Of a stretch of DNA of 64,000 nt, positions 40,734 to 51,500 are shown piece by piece. The translations under genes were made by a program, and so were the position numbers. The stretch is from an uncultured virus (IMG/VR IMGVR_UViG_3300028800_000075) (taxonomy: Duplodnaviria > Heunggongvirae > Uroviricota > Caudoviricetes). Each line of letters starts with the position of its first letter. The first letter of the stretch is position 1. The DNA lies in IMG/VR virus record IMGVR_UViG_3300028800_000075. One strand, given 5' to 3'. The notes beneath the pieces were generated by a model. That model was not told where the DNA came from. It worked only from the letters and a program-made list of their open reading frames with translations, and made no database searches.

Positions 40734-41381
40734 ATGCTAAGGATTGCCCACACGGCTGATGTCCACGTCCGTAATTTAAGTCGCCACGCAGAGTATAAGC
40801 AGATCTTTACTACCTTCATCGAGCGGTGTAGGGAACAGAAGGTCGATCACATCTTCATTGGGGGCGATAGTTTTCACACTAAGACTTCTGGTATGTCGCC
40901 TGAGTGCATTGAGTTCATGTGCTGGTGGTTCAGTGCGTTGGCTGAAGTTGCTCCCGTCCACGTGATGCTCGGTAACCACGACCTCAACTGCAGCAACCGT
41001 TCGCGCCAAGACGCCATCTCTCCCATCATTGCCGCACTCAACAATCCACGCGTGCACCTCTACAAGCACAGTGGCACCTACGAGTTTGCCCCTGGTTATG
41101 TGTGGGGTGTCTTTAGCCTGTTTGACGAGGAGAATTGGGACAAGGTCAAGCCCATACCGGGTAAGGTCAACATCGCCTGTTACCACGGCCCGATCTGGGG
41201 AGCGACGACCGACACCAACTGGTTGATTGAGGAAGGCACCACGGTTGAATTCTTCAAGGGTTGGGACTTTGCAATGTTGGGGGACATCCACACTCACCAA
41301 TTCTTAGCAGGCCGCGACGTGGAGCTGGAGATCGATGCCGCCGACATTGGCAACTACCCGGAAGCCGAGGTGATCGGGTGA
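40734..41381 (+). CDS. sbcD: SbcD/Mre11 (gp47-like) nuclease, N-terminal fragment
   Basis: HTADVH, GGDSFH, GNHD, CYHG, LGDIH; ends before the YPGS segment. Confidence 0.88.
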   Translation: MLRIAHTADVHVRNLSRHAEYKQIFTTFIERCREQKVDHIFIGGDSFHTKTSGMSPECIEFMCWWFSALAEVAPVHVMLGNHDLNCSNRSRQDAISPIIAALNNPRVHLYKHSGTYEFAPGYVWGVFSLFDEENWDKVKPIPGKVNIACYHGPIWGATTDTNWLIEEGTTVEFFKGWDFAMLGDIHTHQFLAGRDVELEIDAADIGNYPEAEVIG

Positions 41382-43999
41382 GCGCCGGTAAGATCAAGAT
41401 CCGCGTCAAGCGACCGTGGGTGGGTTACCCATCTTCTCCTGTGCAGCAGAACTATGGAGAATCGCTGACACATGGTTACTTGCTGTGGGACATCGCCGAC
41501 AAGTCTAACTTTGACGTCAAGTTCTGTGAGTTGCCCAATCCGCAACCCTACGTGACGCTAGAATGGACTGGGTCGATCGGTGCCCTGGTCAACAGGGCCA
41601 AGAAAATCTGTGCGTCAGGCGGCCGCTTCAGGATCAGGAGCAAGGACGTGCTGGCACAGAAGGAGGTGACGCTGCTGACGCAGGCCCTGCAGGAGGAGCT
41701 CAAGGCGTCGGAGGTGACCTTCAAGAATGACCATCAGGTCAATCGCGATGTGCTGCAGGCCGGTGCCGCCATACTGGCCAAGGAAGACCTCCGTAACCCC
41801 GATGTGTTGTTGAAATTGGTGAAGGACTATCACCCCGACGGCGTCACCGACGATGAGTGGTCGGCCGTCCGTGAGCAGATCGGCAGCTACTTGACCCGTG
41901 CTCTCGACAGTGATGACGTCGTCCGTAATACCAAGTGGTCACTGCGACACCTGGCCTTCGACAACATGTTTGCGTACGGTGCAGGCAATGTCATCAACTT
42001 TGACAAGTTGCCGGGCATCGTCGGCATCTTTGGTCCCAATCGCGCTGGCAAGTCGTCGATCGTCGGCACCGTCATGTACTCGTTGTTCAACACCACCGAC
42101 CGGGGCAACGTCAAGAACCTCCATGTCGTCAACGTCAGGCACGACCACTGCTACACTAAGGCCATCATCGACGTCAATGGTACGGGCTACGTCATCGAGC
42201 GCCAGACCGTCAAGCACGAGAACAAGCACGGCGCTGTCAATGCCAACACCAACCTCAACGTCTTCAGGATCAATGATACGGGTGAGGCCGTTGACCTGGC
42301 GGGTGAAGAGCGGAAGGACACCGAGAAGGTGATTCGCAAGTTGATCGGCACCGGTGACGATTGCCTGCTGACCAGCGTGGCATCGCAGGATGAGATCAAG
42401 CAGTACATCAACCATGGGTCGACGAAGCGGCGGCAGATCCTGTCGCGGTTCTTAGATCTCGACATCTTCGACAGGATGTTCAGGTTGGCCACCGATGACG
42501 TCAATGTCAACAAAGCGGCGCTCCGCCAATTGCCCGAACGCGACTGGCAGGAACAACAACGCTCGTTGAACGAGAGGCTCGATGCTGCTCGTACAACCAT
42601 CGATGAGAAGGATCACCTGCTCCACGACGCCAGCCAGCAACTCGATGAACTGCGCCAACAGTTGGCCTCGTTCAAGGACTTCATTCCCGTGACACAGACG
42701 CAGGTTGAATCACAACGTAATCACGTTGATTCACTGACGACCAAGGCCCGGGCCACGACTCAAAAGATCGATGAATTGCACGCTGACATTGGGCTGATGC
42801 TGAAGAAAGTGACGTCGATCGATGCAGTGCTAGTTGACTATGACCTAGGCGCATTGAAGCAGCGCCAAGAGGCCTATCGCGTCCTAGAATCATCATTCGA
42901 GGTGCTCCGTCACGCACACGAGAAGGATGCTGACCTGTTGAAGCAACAGCAGCGGTCGCTGAAAATACTTGACGACGTGCCGTGCGGTGATGACTATCCG
43001 ACGTGTCGCTTCATCAAGGATGCCCACAAGAACAAGGAACGCGTAGAGCCACAGCGTGACAAGGTAGAACGCTCTCTCGACAAGTTGCAGAAGGCGGAGC
43101 TGGCGTTGCAAGCGCTGCAACAAGAGGACCTTCACAATAAGGTCACCAAAGTTGAACAACTGATCAGCGCACAGGCCAAGCTCCGCGTTGACATTGCTGC
43201 AAAGCAGGTTCAACTTGTCAAGTTGGAGGGTGCGCTAGATGACATCAATGGCACACTGGAGCCCACCGCACGCCGGTTAGCGGAACTCGAAGAAGCGTTG
43301 AAGAATGAAGGAAATGTGGAGGTCGTGACGCTGCGTCGCCAGATCGATGAGCTCCAGAAGGCAGCGCGCAGGCACGATTCTGAAAAGTTGACAGCGGCAT
43401 CAGAGGTGGGTCGCATGCAGTCTGACCTCGATAAGTTGGCAATTGATGCGACCCACCGCCACAACCTGTTGCAGTTGATGAAGGCTCACGAACTGATTGC
43501 ACAGGCCTTCTCGAGGAAGGGCATCCCGGCGTTGATCACCACGTCACAGCTCCCCGTCATCAACGCCGAGATTGCCGAGATTCTTCACGGCATCGTTGAC
43601 TTCAACATTGAGCTTGAGGTCGACGACGTCAATGATTCCATGGAGGTCTACATTGACTACGGCGACAGTCGCCGGCCCATCGAGCTGGCTAGCGGCATGG
43701 AGAAGATGATCGCCTCGTTGGCCATCCGCGTGGCGCTGATCAACGTATCATCGTTGCCCAAGACCGACATGTTCATCATCGATGAGGCCTTTGGCCCCAT
43801 GGATCCCGCTAGCGTTGAGGCCTGTAACCGCCTGTTGATGTCACTCAAGCGCTACTTCAAGACCATCGTCGTCATCACCCACGTCGACGGTGTCAAGGAC
43901 GCGGCCGATCACATCATTGAGATCAACAAGGTCGAAAAAGATAGCTGCGTGATGTACAATGAATCGTGGCATGGCGACCGTACCTCCGAGACAGACTGA
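41378..43999 (+). CDS. sbcC: SbcD C-terminal fragment fused to SbcC/Rad50 (gp46-like) ATPase
   Basis: GTG start overlapping TGA with GAGG RBS; GYPSSPVQQNYGE..GYLLWD then GPNRAGKS, PCGDDYPTC, ASGMEK, IIDEAFG. Confidence 0.9.
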   Translation: MSAGKIKIRVKRPWVGYPSSPVQQNYGESLTHGYLLWDIADKSNFDVKFCELPNPQPYVTLEWTGSIGALVNRAKKICASGGRFRIRSKDVLAQKEVTLLTQALQEELKASEVTFKNDHQVNRDVLQAGAAILAKEDLRNPDVLLKLVKDYHPDGVTDDEWSAVREQIGSYLTRALDSDDVVRNTKWSLRHLAFDNMFAYGAGNVINFDKLPGIVGIFGPNRAGKSSIVGTVMYSLFNTTDRGNVKNLHVVNVRHDHCYTKAIIDVNGTGYVIERQTVKHENKHGAVNANTNLNVFRINDTGEAVDLAGEERKDTEKVIRKLIGTGDDCLLTSVASQDEIKQYINHGSTKRRQILSRFLDLDIFDRMFRLATDDVNVNKAALRQLPERDWQEQQRSLNERLDAARTTIDEKDHLLHDASQQLDELRQQLASFKDFIPVTQTQVESQRNHVDSLTTKARATTQKIDELHADIGLMLKKVTSIDAVLVDYDLGALKQRQEAYRVLESSFEVLRHAHEKDADLLKQQQRSLKILDDVPCGDDYPTCRFIKDAHKNKERVEPQRDKVERSLDKLQKAELALQALQQEDLHNKVTKVEQLISAQAKLRVDIAAKQVQLVKLEGALDDINGTLEPTARRLAELEEALKNEGNVEVVTLRRQIDELQKAARRHDSEKLTAASEVGRMQSDLDKLAIDATHRHNLLQLMKAHELIAQAFSRKGIPALITTSQLPVINAEIAEILHGIVDFNIELEVDDVNDSMEVYIDYGDSRRPIELASGMEKMIASLAIRVALINVSSLPKTDMFIIDEAFGPMDPASVEACNRLLMSLKRYFKTIVVITHVDGVKDAADHIIEINKVEKDSCVMYNESWHGDRTSETD

Positions 44000-44268
44000 T
44001 CGACGATCGACCCGGTGACTTTGTCGTCATCGTGCCGGTCGATGCCTCACCCGTGACGCCGCTGGCGTGTCCGATCTGTGATCACCTGATGCGGTCGCAG
44101 GATGATGATCGTGCGTACCGTGAATTTGGGTGCTGTGAGCGCTGTGCCATGATGTGGGCTCATCCACGTCGACAGGCCTGGCGTGACGGTTGGCGACCAT
44201 CAGCAGAACAGGTGCAAGGGGTTGAAGTTGATCGCCCACCGCTATCACTTGTCCTTGAACTGCGTTAG
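43966..44268 (+). CDS. Zn-binding hypothetical protein
   Basis: CPIC..CCERC..W..GWRP. Confidence 0.75.
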   Translation: MAWRPYLRDRLIDDRPGDFVVIVPVDASPVTPLACPICDHLMRSQDDDRAYREFGCCERCAMMWAHPRRQAWRDGWRPSAEQVQGVEVDRPPLSLVLELR

Positions 44269-44283
44269 TCCTGTGCAACGGCC

Positions 44284-44290
44284 ATATTTA
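44284..44290 (+). promoter_or_regulatory. Putative late promoter motif ATATTTA (terminase operon)
   Basis: Intergenic, upstream of GAGGAG RBS. Confidence 0.6.
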
Positions 44291-44310
44291 GGCCGAGGAG
44301 CAACCTTCTC

Positions 44311-44691
44311 ATGGCAGACATTGATTACGCAGCTCTTCAACAGTCGTTCGACACGACGTGGGGCCGTTCATCGACACCCAAGACGGCAGGATACTCTGTC
44401 AAGGTGACGCTGTTGGGACCTGATCGGCTGATGACATCGTACGCCGCTATCGTCAATTTTGGTACCGAGAGGGAATCACTTGAGATGAAACGGCGCTATG
44501 CCGAGGAATCAAAGGCGGTGACCAGCGAGGTCTTGAAGGTGGTCAAGGCCAATTACAAGGAATTGGCCGATGCGTCACTGTCGACCAAAGAGTTGTCGAG
44601 CGAAGACAGCCTTGAGATCACCAACTACAACGTTCATAACCCCCGCCGAAGTGCCTATTACAGGCGCAAGACGGTGTACGAGATCGGGTGA
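44311..44691 (+). CDS. Hypothetical protein upstream of terminase
   Basis: GAGGAG RBS; coupled to terminase. Confidence 0.8.
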   Translation: MADIDYAALQQSFDTTWGRSSTPKTAGYSVKVTLLGPDRLMTSYAAIVNFGTERESLEMKRRYAEESKAVTSEVLKVVKANYKELADASLSTKELSSEDSLEITNYNVHNPRRSAYYRRKTVYEIG

Positions 44692-47531
44692 TGAGTGAAC
44701 CTCATCTAGGCCTGTCGAAGCCTCAACAGGTGCAAGAGATCCTGAAGTGTGGTAAGGATCCCATCTACTTCATCAAGACCTACGTCAAAATTCAGCACCC
44801 GAAGAGGGGGACGATCCCGTTTGAGACCTACCCGTTTCAGGACGACTGCATCAATGACTTCAAAGAACACCGCCTCAACATCGTCCTGAAGTCACGGCAG
44901 TTGGGACTATCGACGATCAGCGCGGCATACTCGCTGTGGCTGGCGATCTTTCACAAGGACAAGAATGTCCTCGTCATTGCGACCAAGCTACCCACGGCCA
45001 TGAACTTCATCAAGAAGATCAGGGTCATGTTGCAGAGCCTGCCCCCATGGCTGTTGCTACCCAAGTTTGAGCCCACCAAGCAGGCCATCGCCTTCAGCAA
45101 TGGCTCGACGATCACCGCCATTCCGACGTCCGACGATGCCGGGCGATCGGAGGCCTTGTCACTGCTGATCGTTGATGAGGCTGCCTTCATCCGTGACTTT
45201 GAGGAGATCTGGACAGGACTGGCACCCACCTTCTCGACGGGAGGTAGTGCCATCATCTTGTCGACGCCCAATGGTGTCGGTGGCCAGTACTACCGCCTGT
45301 GGGTCGAGGCCGAGGCGGGCCTCAATGACTTCAATCCCATTAGGCTGATGTGGGATGTGCACCCGGAACACGATCAGGCGTGGTTTGTGAAGGAGAGCAG
45401 ATCGCTGTCGAGGCGTAAGGTCGCTCAGGAGTTCTTGTGCGTGGGCGGTGATACCAAGATTGTGACGCCTGATGGGTACAAGATGGCAGAAGAGTTGCAC
45501 ATCGGCGACTTGGTCATGACGCACGTTGGTAGGTTTCGTCCTGTCACCCGGGTAAATAGTAGGCTTGTAAAAGACGGCGAGGAACTGTATGAGGTCAGTT
45601 CACCAGGTAGTCGTCAGTGTAAGTTCGTCTTGACTGGCAATCATCCCATGTTGTCATACCGTTTTCGTGCCAATCAGATCACGTCACTTCAATGGATTGA
45701 ACAGAATGCGTGTGAGCCATCGTGGATTGAGGCTACGACAATTGCCGGTACTCGTAAGACCACGGATCGAATTCTCAACGCGCTAGTACCAGTGTTTAGG
45801 CCTGATGAACCCACTGAACGCTTGACGTCGATTGATTTGTCGACGCTTTACCCATCAGTCGATGTAACGCCTGACACGTGCCGCTATGTGAAGCAATGGG
45901 GTAGTACTAAACGTCATGTGCCTGTTGACTTTGACTTAGGCATGTTTGTAGGATTGTACTTGGCTGAGGGGTGTAATGCACGGGGTGGGCTTGACATGGG
46001 GTTTCACATTGATGAGATGGAGACACACGCTCGTTGGTGCGTTGATTTTCTCGAGAAGTTGGGTTGTCGAACGACGTTGTCTCCATCAGAGATTGCAAAT
46101 GGTTGTCGTCTGTGGACACACAATAAACATGTTGGTGCGCTTGTCAGATCGTTTGTCATGGGTCAAACGGCTCCTATTAAACATCTTGATCTTGATAGGG
46201 TTCTATCATGTGGCCGTGAGTTTATCAAAGGTCTATTGTATGGGCATCACGCGGGAGATGGTAATCACGAGCACACTACGAAGACATCCACGTTCAGTAC
46301 TTCGTCGAAGTTGGTGTATCAATTACGTACCCTCAACACCATGTTTGGTCTGTATCCTCGGATCGGGCGTGTTGAACGTAGTAAAAAGAACCCAAAGCAC
46401 CATGATATGTGGTATCTCGAGTTTCAGGCAGGTGGGACGACGTACCGTGAATTGCTCGAACGCGGACAATTGTACAAGCCCGGATCAAGGACGCGTCTCA
46501 TTGGTGAGTACTTTGTTGGTCAGCACTCATTGAAGGATATATCGCACCTTCGTGATGTCGATGGGGGTTACACCGTCTATGATATCAGTGTGGCCGATGA
46601 CAATTCATTTGTTGCTCAATCTGCAGTTCTTCACAATTGCGACTTCATCACGTCGGGTGACACCTTCCTACAACCCGGTGACCTCGATGACCTAAAGTTG
46701 CAGATCATGCAACCTGCGTCGAAGGAGGGCTTTGATCGCAACATCTGGGTCTGGAGCCCACCCATTGCTGGTCACACCTACGTCATCAGCGCCGACGTGT
46801 CGAGGGGCGATGCACGTGATTATTCGGCCTTTCACATCATCGATGCGGGTGACTGCGAAGTGGCCGCCGAGTACATGGGCAAGGTGCCGCCCGAGAAACT
46901 GGCCGACATGTTGAACGAGTGGGGCCGCAAGTACAACGATGCCCTATTGGTGCCCGAGAACAACACCTTTGGCTACTTCGTCAACGTCAAACTCCGCGAT
47001 GCGCTGGGCTACAAGAAGCTGTACTACACCAGCAACGGCGGCGACCCCTTCAATTACGTGCCCACCAACTCTGAGGAGCTGCCGGGTTTCCCGACTAACC
47101 AGAAGTCACGGGTGCAGATCCTGGCCAAGCTGGAGGAGATGATTCGCAACAAGACGTTGAAGACGTACTCACAGCGCCTCTATGATCAATTGCAGGCCTT
47201 CGTGTGGAACGGCAACAAGCCCATGGCCGGCAAGGACAGCTTCGATGACTTGATCATGAGCCTCGCCATTGGTTGTTGGTTGGTCGAGGGCAGCAATGGC
47301 CTCAGTGAACAGGCCGTCGCCATGTCGTACGCTATCCTCAATGCGACCCGCGTCCACGTTCGGGACATCAATCAGATGCCCGGCGGCGTCAACGAGGCAC
47401 AGCCTTTGGTCAATCCCAACATCAAGGGCATGAATGCACAGAGTGTCTATCGACCACGCGACGCGTCGCAGGTGGCACCACGTAATCCGTACCAAAGAGA
47501 CGTCAGTGACTTTCGCTGGTTGACTAGATGA
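44688..47531 (+). CDS. Terminase large subunit (T4 gp17-like) with intein
   Basis: KCGKDPIYF, KSRQLG, LIVDEAAF, STPNG, ADVSRG, DDLIMSLAI. Confidence 0.95.
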   Translation: MMSEPHLGLSKPQQVQEILKCGKDPIYFIKTYVKIQHPKRGTIPFETYPFQDDCINDFKEHRLNIVLKSRQLGLSTISAAYSLWLAIFHKDKNVLVIATKLPTAMNFIKKIRVMLQSLPPWLLLPKFEPTKQAIAFSNGSTITAIPTSDDAGRSEALSLLIVDEAAFIRDFEEIWTGLAPTFSTGGSAIILSTPNGVGGQYYRLWVEAEAGLNDFNPIRLMWDVHPEHDQAWFVKESRSLSRRKVAQEFLCVGGDTKIVTPDGYKMAEELHIGDLVMTHVGRFRPVTRVNSRLVKDGEELYEVSSPGSRQCKFVLTGNHPMLSYRFRANQITSLQWIEQNACEPSWIEATTIAGTRKTTDRILNALVPVFRPDEPTERLTSIDLSTLYPSVDVTPDTCRYVKQWGSTKRHVPVDFDLGMFVGLYLAEGCNARGGLDMGFHIDEMETHARWCVDFLEKLGCRTTLSPSEIANGCRLWTHNKHVGALVRSFVMGQTAPIKHLDLDRVLSCGREFIKGLLYGHHAGDGNHEHTTKTSTFSTSSKLVYQLRTLNTMFGLYPRIGRVERSKKNPKHHDMWYLEFQAGGTTYRELLERGQLYKPGSRTRLIGEYFVGQHSLKDISHLRDVDGGYTVYDISVADDNSFVAQSAVLHNCDFITSGDTFLQPGDLDDLKLQIMQPASKEGFDRNIWVWSPPIAGHTYVISADVSRGDARDYSAFHIIDAGDCEVAAEYMGKVPPEKLADMLNEWGRKYNDALLVPENNTFGYFVNVKLRDALGYKKLYYTSNGGDPFNYVPTNSEELPGFPTNQKSRVQILAKLEEMIRNKTLKTYSQRLYDQLQAFVWNGNKPMAGKDSFDDLIMSLAIGCWLVEGSNGLSEQAVAMSYAILNATRVHVRDINQMPGGVNEAQPLVNPNIKGMNAQSVYRPRDASQVAPRNPYQRDVSDFRWLTR
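45438..46637 (+). mobile_element. Intein (400 aa) with LAGLIDADG endonuclease in terminase
   Basis: QEFL|CVGGDT...TGNHP...GLYLAEG...GHHAGDG...VYDISV..VLHN|CDF. Confidence 0.93.
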
Positions 47532-47562
47532 ACGGGTGGCGAATACCTATGATTGCAGAAGG

Positions 47563-48204
47563 ATGCCCATGACGACCCAAACTCCCAAGATCGGCCTACT
47601 GAGACTGCGGCACCTGATCAACGAAGAGACCTCGCAGGTCACTGAAGCCGTCGACCACGCCAGCGCCGCGGCCATCGTCGGCGGTGCCTCGAACCTGTTG
47701 AAGGCGATCGAGAAGTTCAAGGAGAAGGCGTCGCCTGCCGCCGTCAATGCGCTGACGCCGCACTTGGGCAACATTGAGAAGGTGCTGGAGGACATGGTCA
47801 ATACCCCGGGCTCCTACGTCGCCAGGGTCAAGGTGGAGCCCAAGAAGGTGTCGCTAAAGGCCGTGAAGAAGGAAGGTGCCTTGAAGGAGGCCACGGGCGG
47901 CGACGGCAAGCTCGAGAAGGTAACGGAGCAGAACTGGCAGCACCTCGAAGTGGGCAACACCTACCTCGTCAAGGCGGGTCGAGACCGCACGCAGAGCAAC
48001 TTCGTGGGTTGGGTCGACAAGAACGGCGAGCACACCGACAACGAGGATCCGACGCAGGTTGACCTGAAGTTCGTCGACGTCAAGGATGGCTTCGAGTGGA
48101 CGGCTTACCACCACGACGGGGGCTATGCGGTGGGTTCAAGTGCGGATGCGCTGTACGTGAAGGAGACGGATCAATATGATGGGCTCGGCGAGGTGGTGCC
48201 GTGA
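47563..48204 (+). CDS. Hypothetical protein with LRHLINEE leader
   Basis: ATACCTA at 47543, AAGGA RBS; INE/VTE/LKE sites. Confidence 0.75.
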   Translation: MPMTTQTPKIGLLRLRHLINEETSQVTEAVDHASAAAIVGGASNLLKAIEKFKEKASPAAVNALTPHLGNIEKVLEDMVNTPGSYVARVKVEPKKVSLKAVKKEGALKEATGGDGKLEKVTEQNWQHLEVGNTYLVKAGRDRTQSNFVGWVDKNGEHTDNEDPTQVDLKFVDVKDGFEWTAYHHDGGYAVGSSADALYVKETDQYDGLGEVVP

Positions 48205-48506
48205 TTCGTGTCAGCGTTGAGCGGTTGAGGCGATTGATCAAGGAAGAGATTGAGGATCACCCTAAGATTATGACGCTGGCACAGGTGAAGCAGCAGTTTC
48301 CTGACGCATACAAGTACCTGTTGAATGGTGACATGCAGGACCTCAATGGTCGTGACATCAAGACACCCAAACATCTGCAGCACTACATGGACGCCTGTGA
48401 CTCCTACTTCTTCATTGACGGTACGGGTCAACTTCACATGAAGGATGCCTATGAACACGAGGTCTGGGATCCTGAGAAGAAGATGTTTTGGTGGCCGCAG
48501 GCGTGA
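48201..48506 (+). CDS. Hypothetical protein with LRRLIKEEIE leader
   Basis: GAGG RBS, GTGA coupling. Confidence 0.75.
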   Translation: MIRVSVERLRRLIKEEIEDHPKIMTLAQVKQQFPDAYKYLLNGDMQDLNGRDIKTPKHLQHYMDACDSYFFIDGTGQLHMKDAYEHEVWDPEKKMFWWPQA

Positions 48507-48565
48507 CGTTTGTGATGTAGGATCGAACGAAGGGAGCTCTCTCTTGACTAGAGGGGCACAGAAGA

Positions 48566-51500
48566 ATGGCGAAACGCGAACCTAGAAGCCTCTTTAGAAG
48601 GTTAAGTCGACTTTTCAAGAGTGGCCCAGTCGTGAAGAGGAAGATACGTGCCCTCGACACGAGCATTGCTGTCGCCGATAAGACGAAGAGCTCGGGTACC
48701 CTGCTCTTTCAGAAGTCGTTGTCTCCCACGTATGCGACGATCACGAGCAACGCATACAATCTCTCGGAACGATTAATGAGGTATCAAGATTTTCAAGAGA
48801 TGGAATATAGTGTTGACGGTGCGACCTTGATTGCCCAACCTGATGGGTTCAAGACAATCGCCGAGTTGGCTGCGGAGTGTGAAGCAGATCCCAACAAGAC
48901 GTTCATCGTTTACTCTTATGACCATGAGCAGAAGCGCATTGTACCTGCATGGGGTAAGCAGGCGCGCCAAACGTGTGTTGACCATGCGTGGAAGGTGACG
49001 TTCGATAACGGCAAGTCGCTGACGTTGAGCCCCGAACACCGCTTGATGTTGCGCGATGGTACGTATCGCAAGACTGAGGACTTACAGCCTGGCGATGCGA
49101 TGATGCCATTCTACCGCAAGGATCTGTTTGCGAACGCAGAAGAGGGCACTAAGGGGTACTCGTGGGTCTACACGATGGATGGACGTTTTCGCGGGTGGAC
49201 GAAGGAACACCAGCTGGTATCTGAGTGGGTGGCCGGACGAGAGTTGACTGAGGATGAGTGCGTTCACCACATCAACTTCGTCAAGACCGACAACAGGCCT
49301 GAGAACTTGCGTATCATGACGAAGAGCGACCACAGCTCGTACCATGCAGCGCTCAACAATGGGGTGAAGTGGGCGCCAGAGAATCAAGAATGGATCGAAA
49401 GGTTCAAAAAACAGCACGCAGAGTGGATGCGTAACAATGCACCATCGCGCCGCAACGATGTCACGTTCTCTAGAATCATTCAGATCGCTGAGAAGGTTGG
49501 CTTCGACATCACCAAAGTGTCCAGGGCCCTTAATGTCACTACGTTCTTGGTTCATGAGCGGCTCACTGCCAATGGGTTTCCTACGTTCGAAGCGTTTACA
49601 GCGGCATATGGTCACGGTATACCTGAGGTTGTCATTCATCAGGCCTCAAAGCTAACGCGTGAACTGTCGCTTGACACGATCAAACACTTGATTGTTGAGG
49701 CAGACACCAAACGTTCGATGGCGGTGAAGTTAGGTTGTACCGTCAATGTCCTCGATAAGTTCCTCAATCGGCGCATTAATCGAACGTGGAATGATGTGAG
49801 GAAGGAATGTGGGTTGACTACCTACAAACAAATTCGTCAAGGAGGTCGTCCCAAGGGTTCAAACGGCAGCGATCTCACGTTCAAACAGATCTGTGATGCT
49901 TTCGAACCAGGCCTCACCTTGCCACGTCTGACTGAAAAGCTAGGTGTCAACAAGAATACGATTATCTCTCGCCTTGCGCAGAACGGCTTCAAGAAGTTTA
50001 GTGAGTTCGGCGCATCTTACCAGAACTGCAAGGTCGTTTCTGTCGAGTACGTCGGCATCATTCCCCTCTATGACCTCACAGTCGATGGTTACAAGAACTT
50101 TGCAACCGACAGCGTCATCTCACACAACACCCCTGAGATCGCTGCCGCGATGGACATCTATGCCGATGAGACCGTCGCCGCAGATGAGAAGGGCATGTGC
50201 CTCCACGTCTACTCCGACAATGAGAAGATCAAGGAGCTGCTCGAGGACCTCTTCTACAACGTCCTCAACATTGAATTCAACTTGCGCTCGTGGGCTCGTA
50301 ACCTCTGCAAGTACGGCGACTTCTTCCTCTACAATGACGTGTCGCCCGAGTACGGCGTCGTCAACGCTTTCCCGATCCCGGTCAACGAGGTCGAGCGCGA
50401 AGAGAACTATGACCGTGAAGATCCCTTCGCCGTCCGTTATCGTTGGGTGACGTTGGGCAACAGGACGCTCGAAAATTGGGAGGTGACCCACTTCCGCTTG
50501 TTGGGCAATGACATGTTCCTCCCATATGGCTCGTCGATCATTGAGCCCGCGCGCCGCATCTGGCGCCAGCTCATCCTGATCGAGGACGCCATGTTGGTCT
50601 ACCGCGTCGTGCGTGCCCCCGAGCGCCGCGTTTTCTACATTGACGTGGCCAACGTGCCCGCGACTGAAGTCAACAATTACATCGAACAGCAACGTCAACA
50701 GATGAGGACGACGCCGGTCGTTGACAACCAAACTGGCCGCGTCGACCTACGCTATAATCCGATGTCCGTTGAGGAGGACTTTTTCATCCCGGTGCGTGGT
50801 GGCGAGAGCGGCACTAAGATCGACACGTTGGCGGGTGGTGTCAACACTGCCGCAGTTGAGGACGTCGCCTACATTCAGAAGAAGCTGTTCGCTGCACTGA
50901 AGATCCCGCGGGCCTACTTGGGCTACGATGAGATGTTGAGCAGCAAGGCGACGCTGGCACAGGAGGACATTCGGTTCTCCCGCACCATCTCCGTCATTCA
51001 GAAGACGATGATGGCCGAGCTCAATAAGTTGGCCATCATTCACCTGTACGCTCATGGCTTTGACAATGAGGACCTGCAGAACTTCACCCTACGCCTCAGC
51101 AATCCGTCGACCGTCGCTCAACAGCAGAAGTTGGAGCTGTGGCGCGCCAAGTTTGAAATTGCGGGTTCGGCCCCCGAGGGTATGGCCAGCAAGAAGTTCA
51201 TTCGCAAGGAGATCTGGGGATTGAACGACGAGCAGATGGAGGCCATCGACGAGGAACGGTTGGCTGAAAAGAAGATCGATGATGCCATCGAGGCAGGTGA
51301 GGGTGCTGACGACGGTGGAGGCGGGGGTGCAGGTGGAGGCGGGGGTGACGATGACCTCTTTGGAGACGCCGGCGCTGGTGGTGGCGATGAAGGTGGCGGC
51401 GCCGAAGAAGCAGGTGGTGGCGAAGAGAAGGCTCCACCTGAAGAGAATGCGGGTGAAGAACCCGAAGAAGAGGTTGAGCCCGGCGCTCAATTGTTGACCA

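Noticed and set aside
41261..41377. ORF-track N-terminal extension of SbcC (MGLCNV...) or a programmed frameshift joining SbcD and SbcC
   Set aside because: Overlaps the SbcD coding frame; no slippery heptamer; GTGA coupling with an RBS is the simpler explanation
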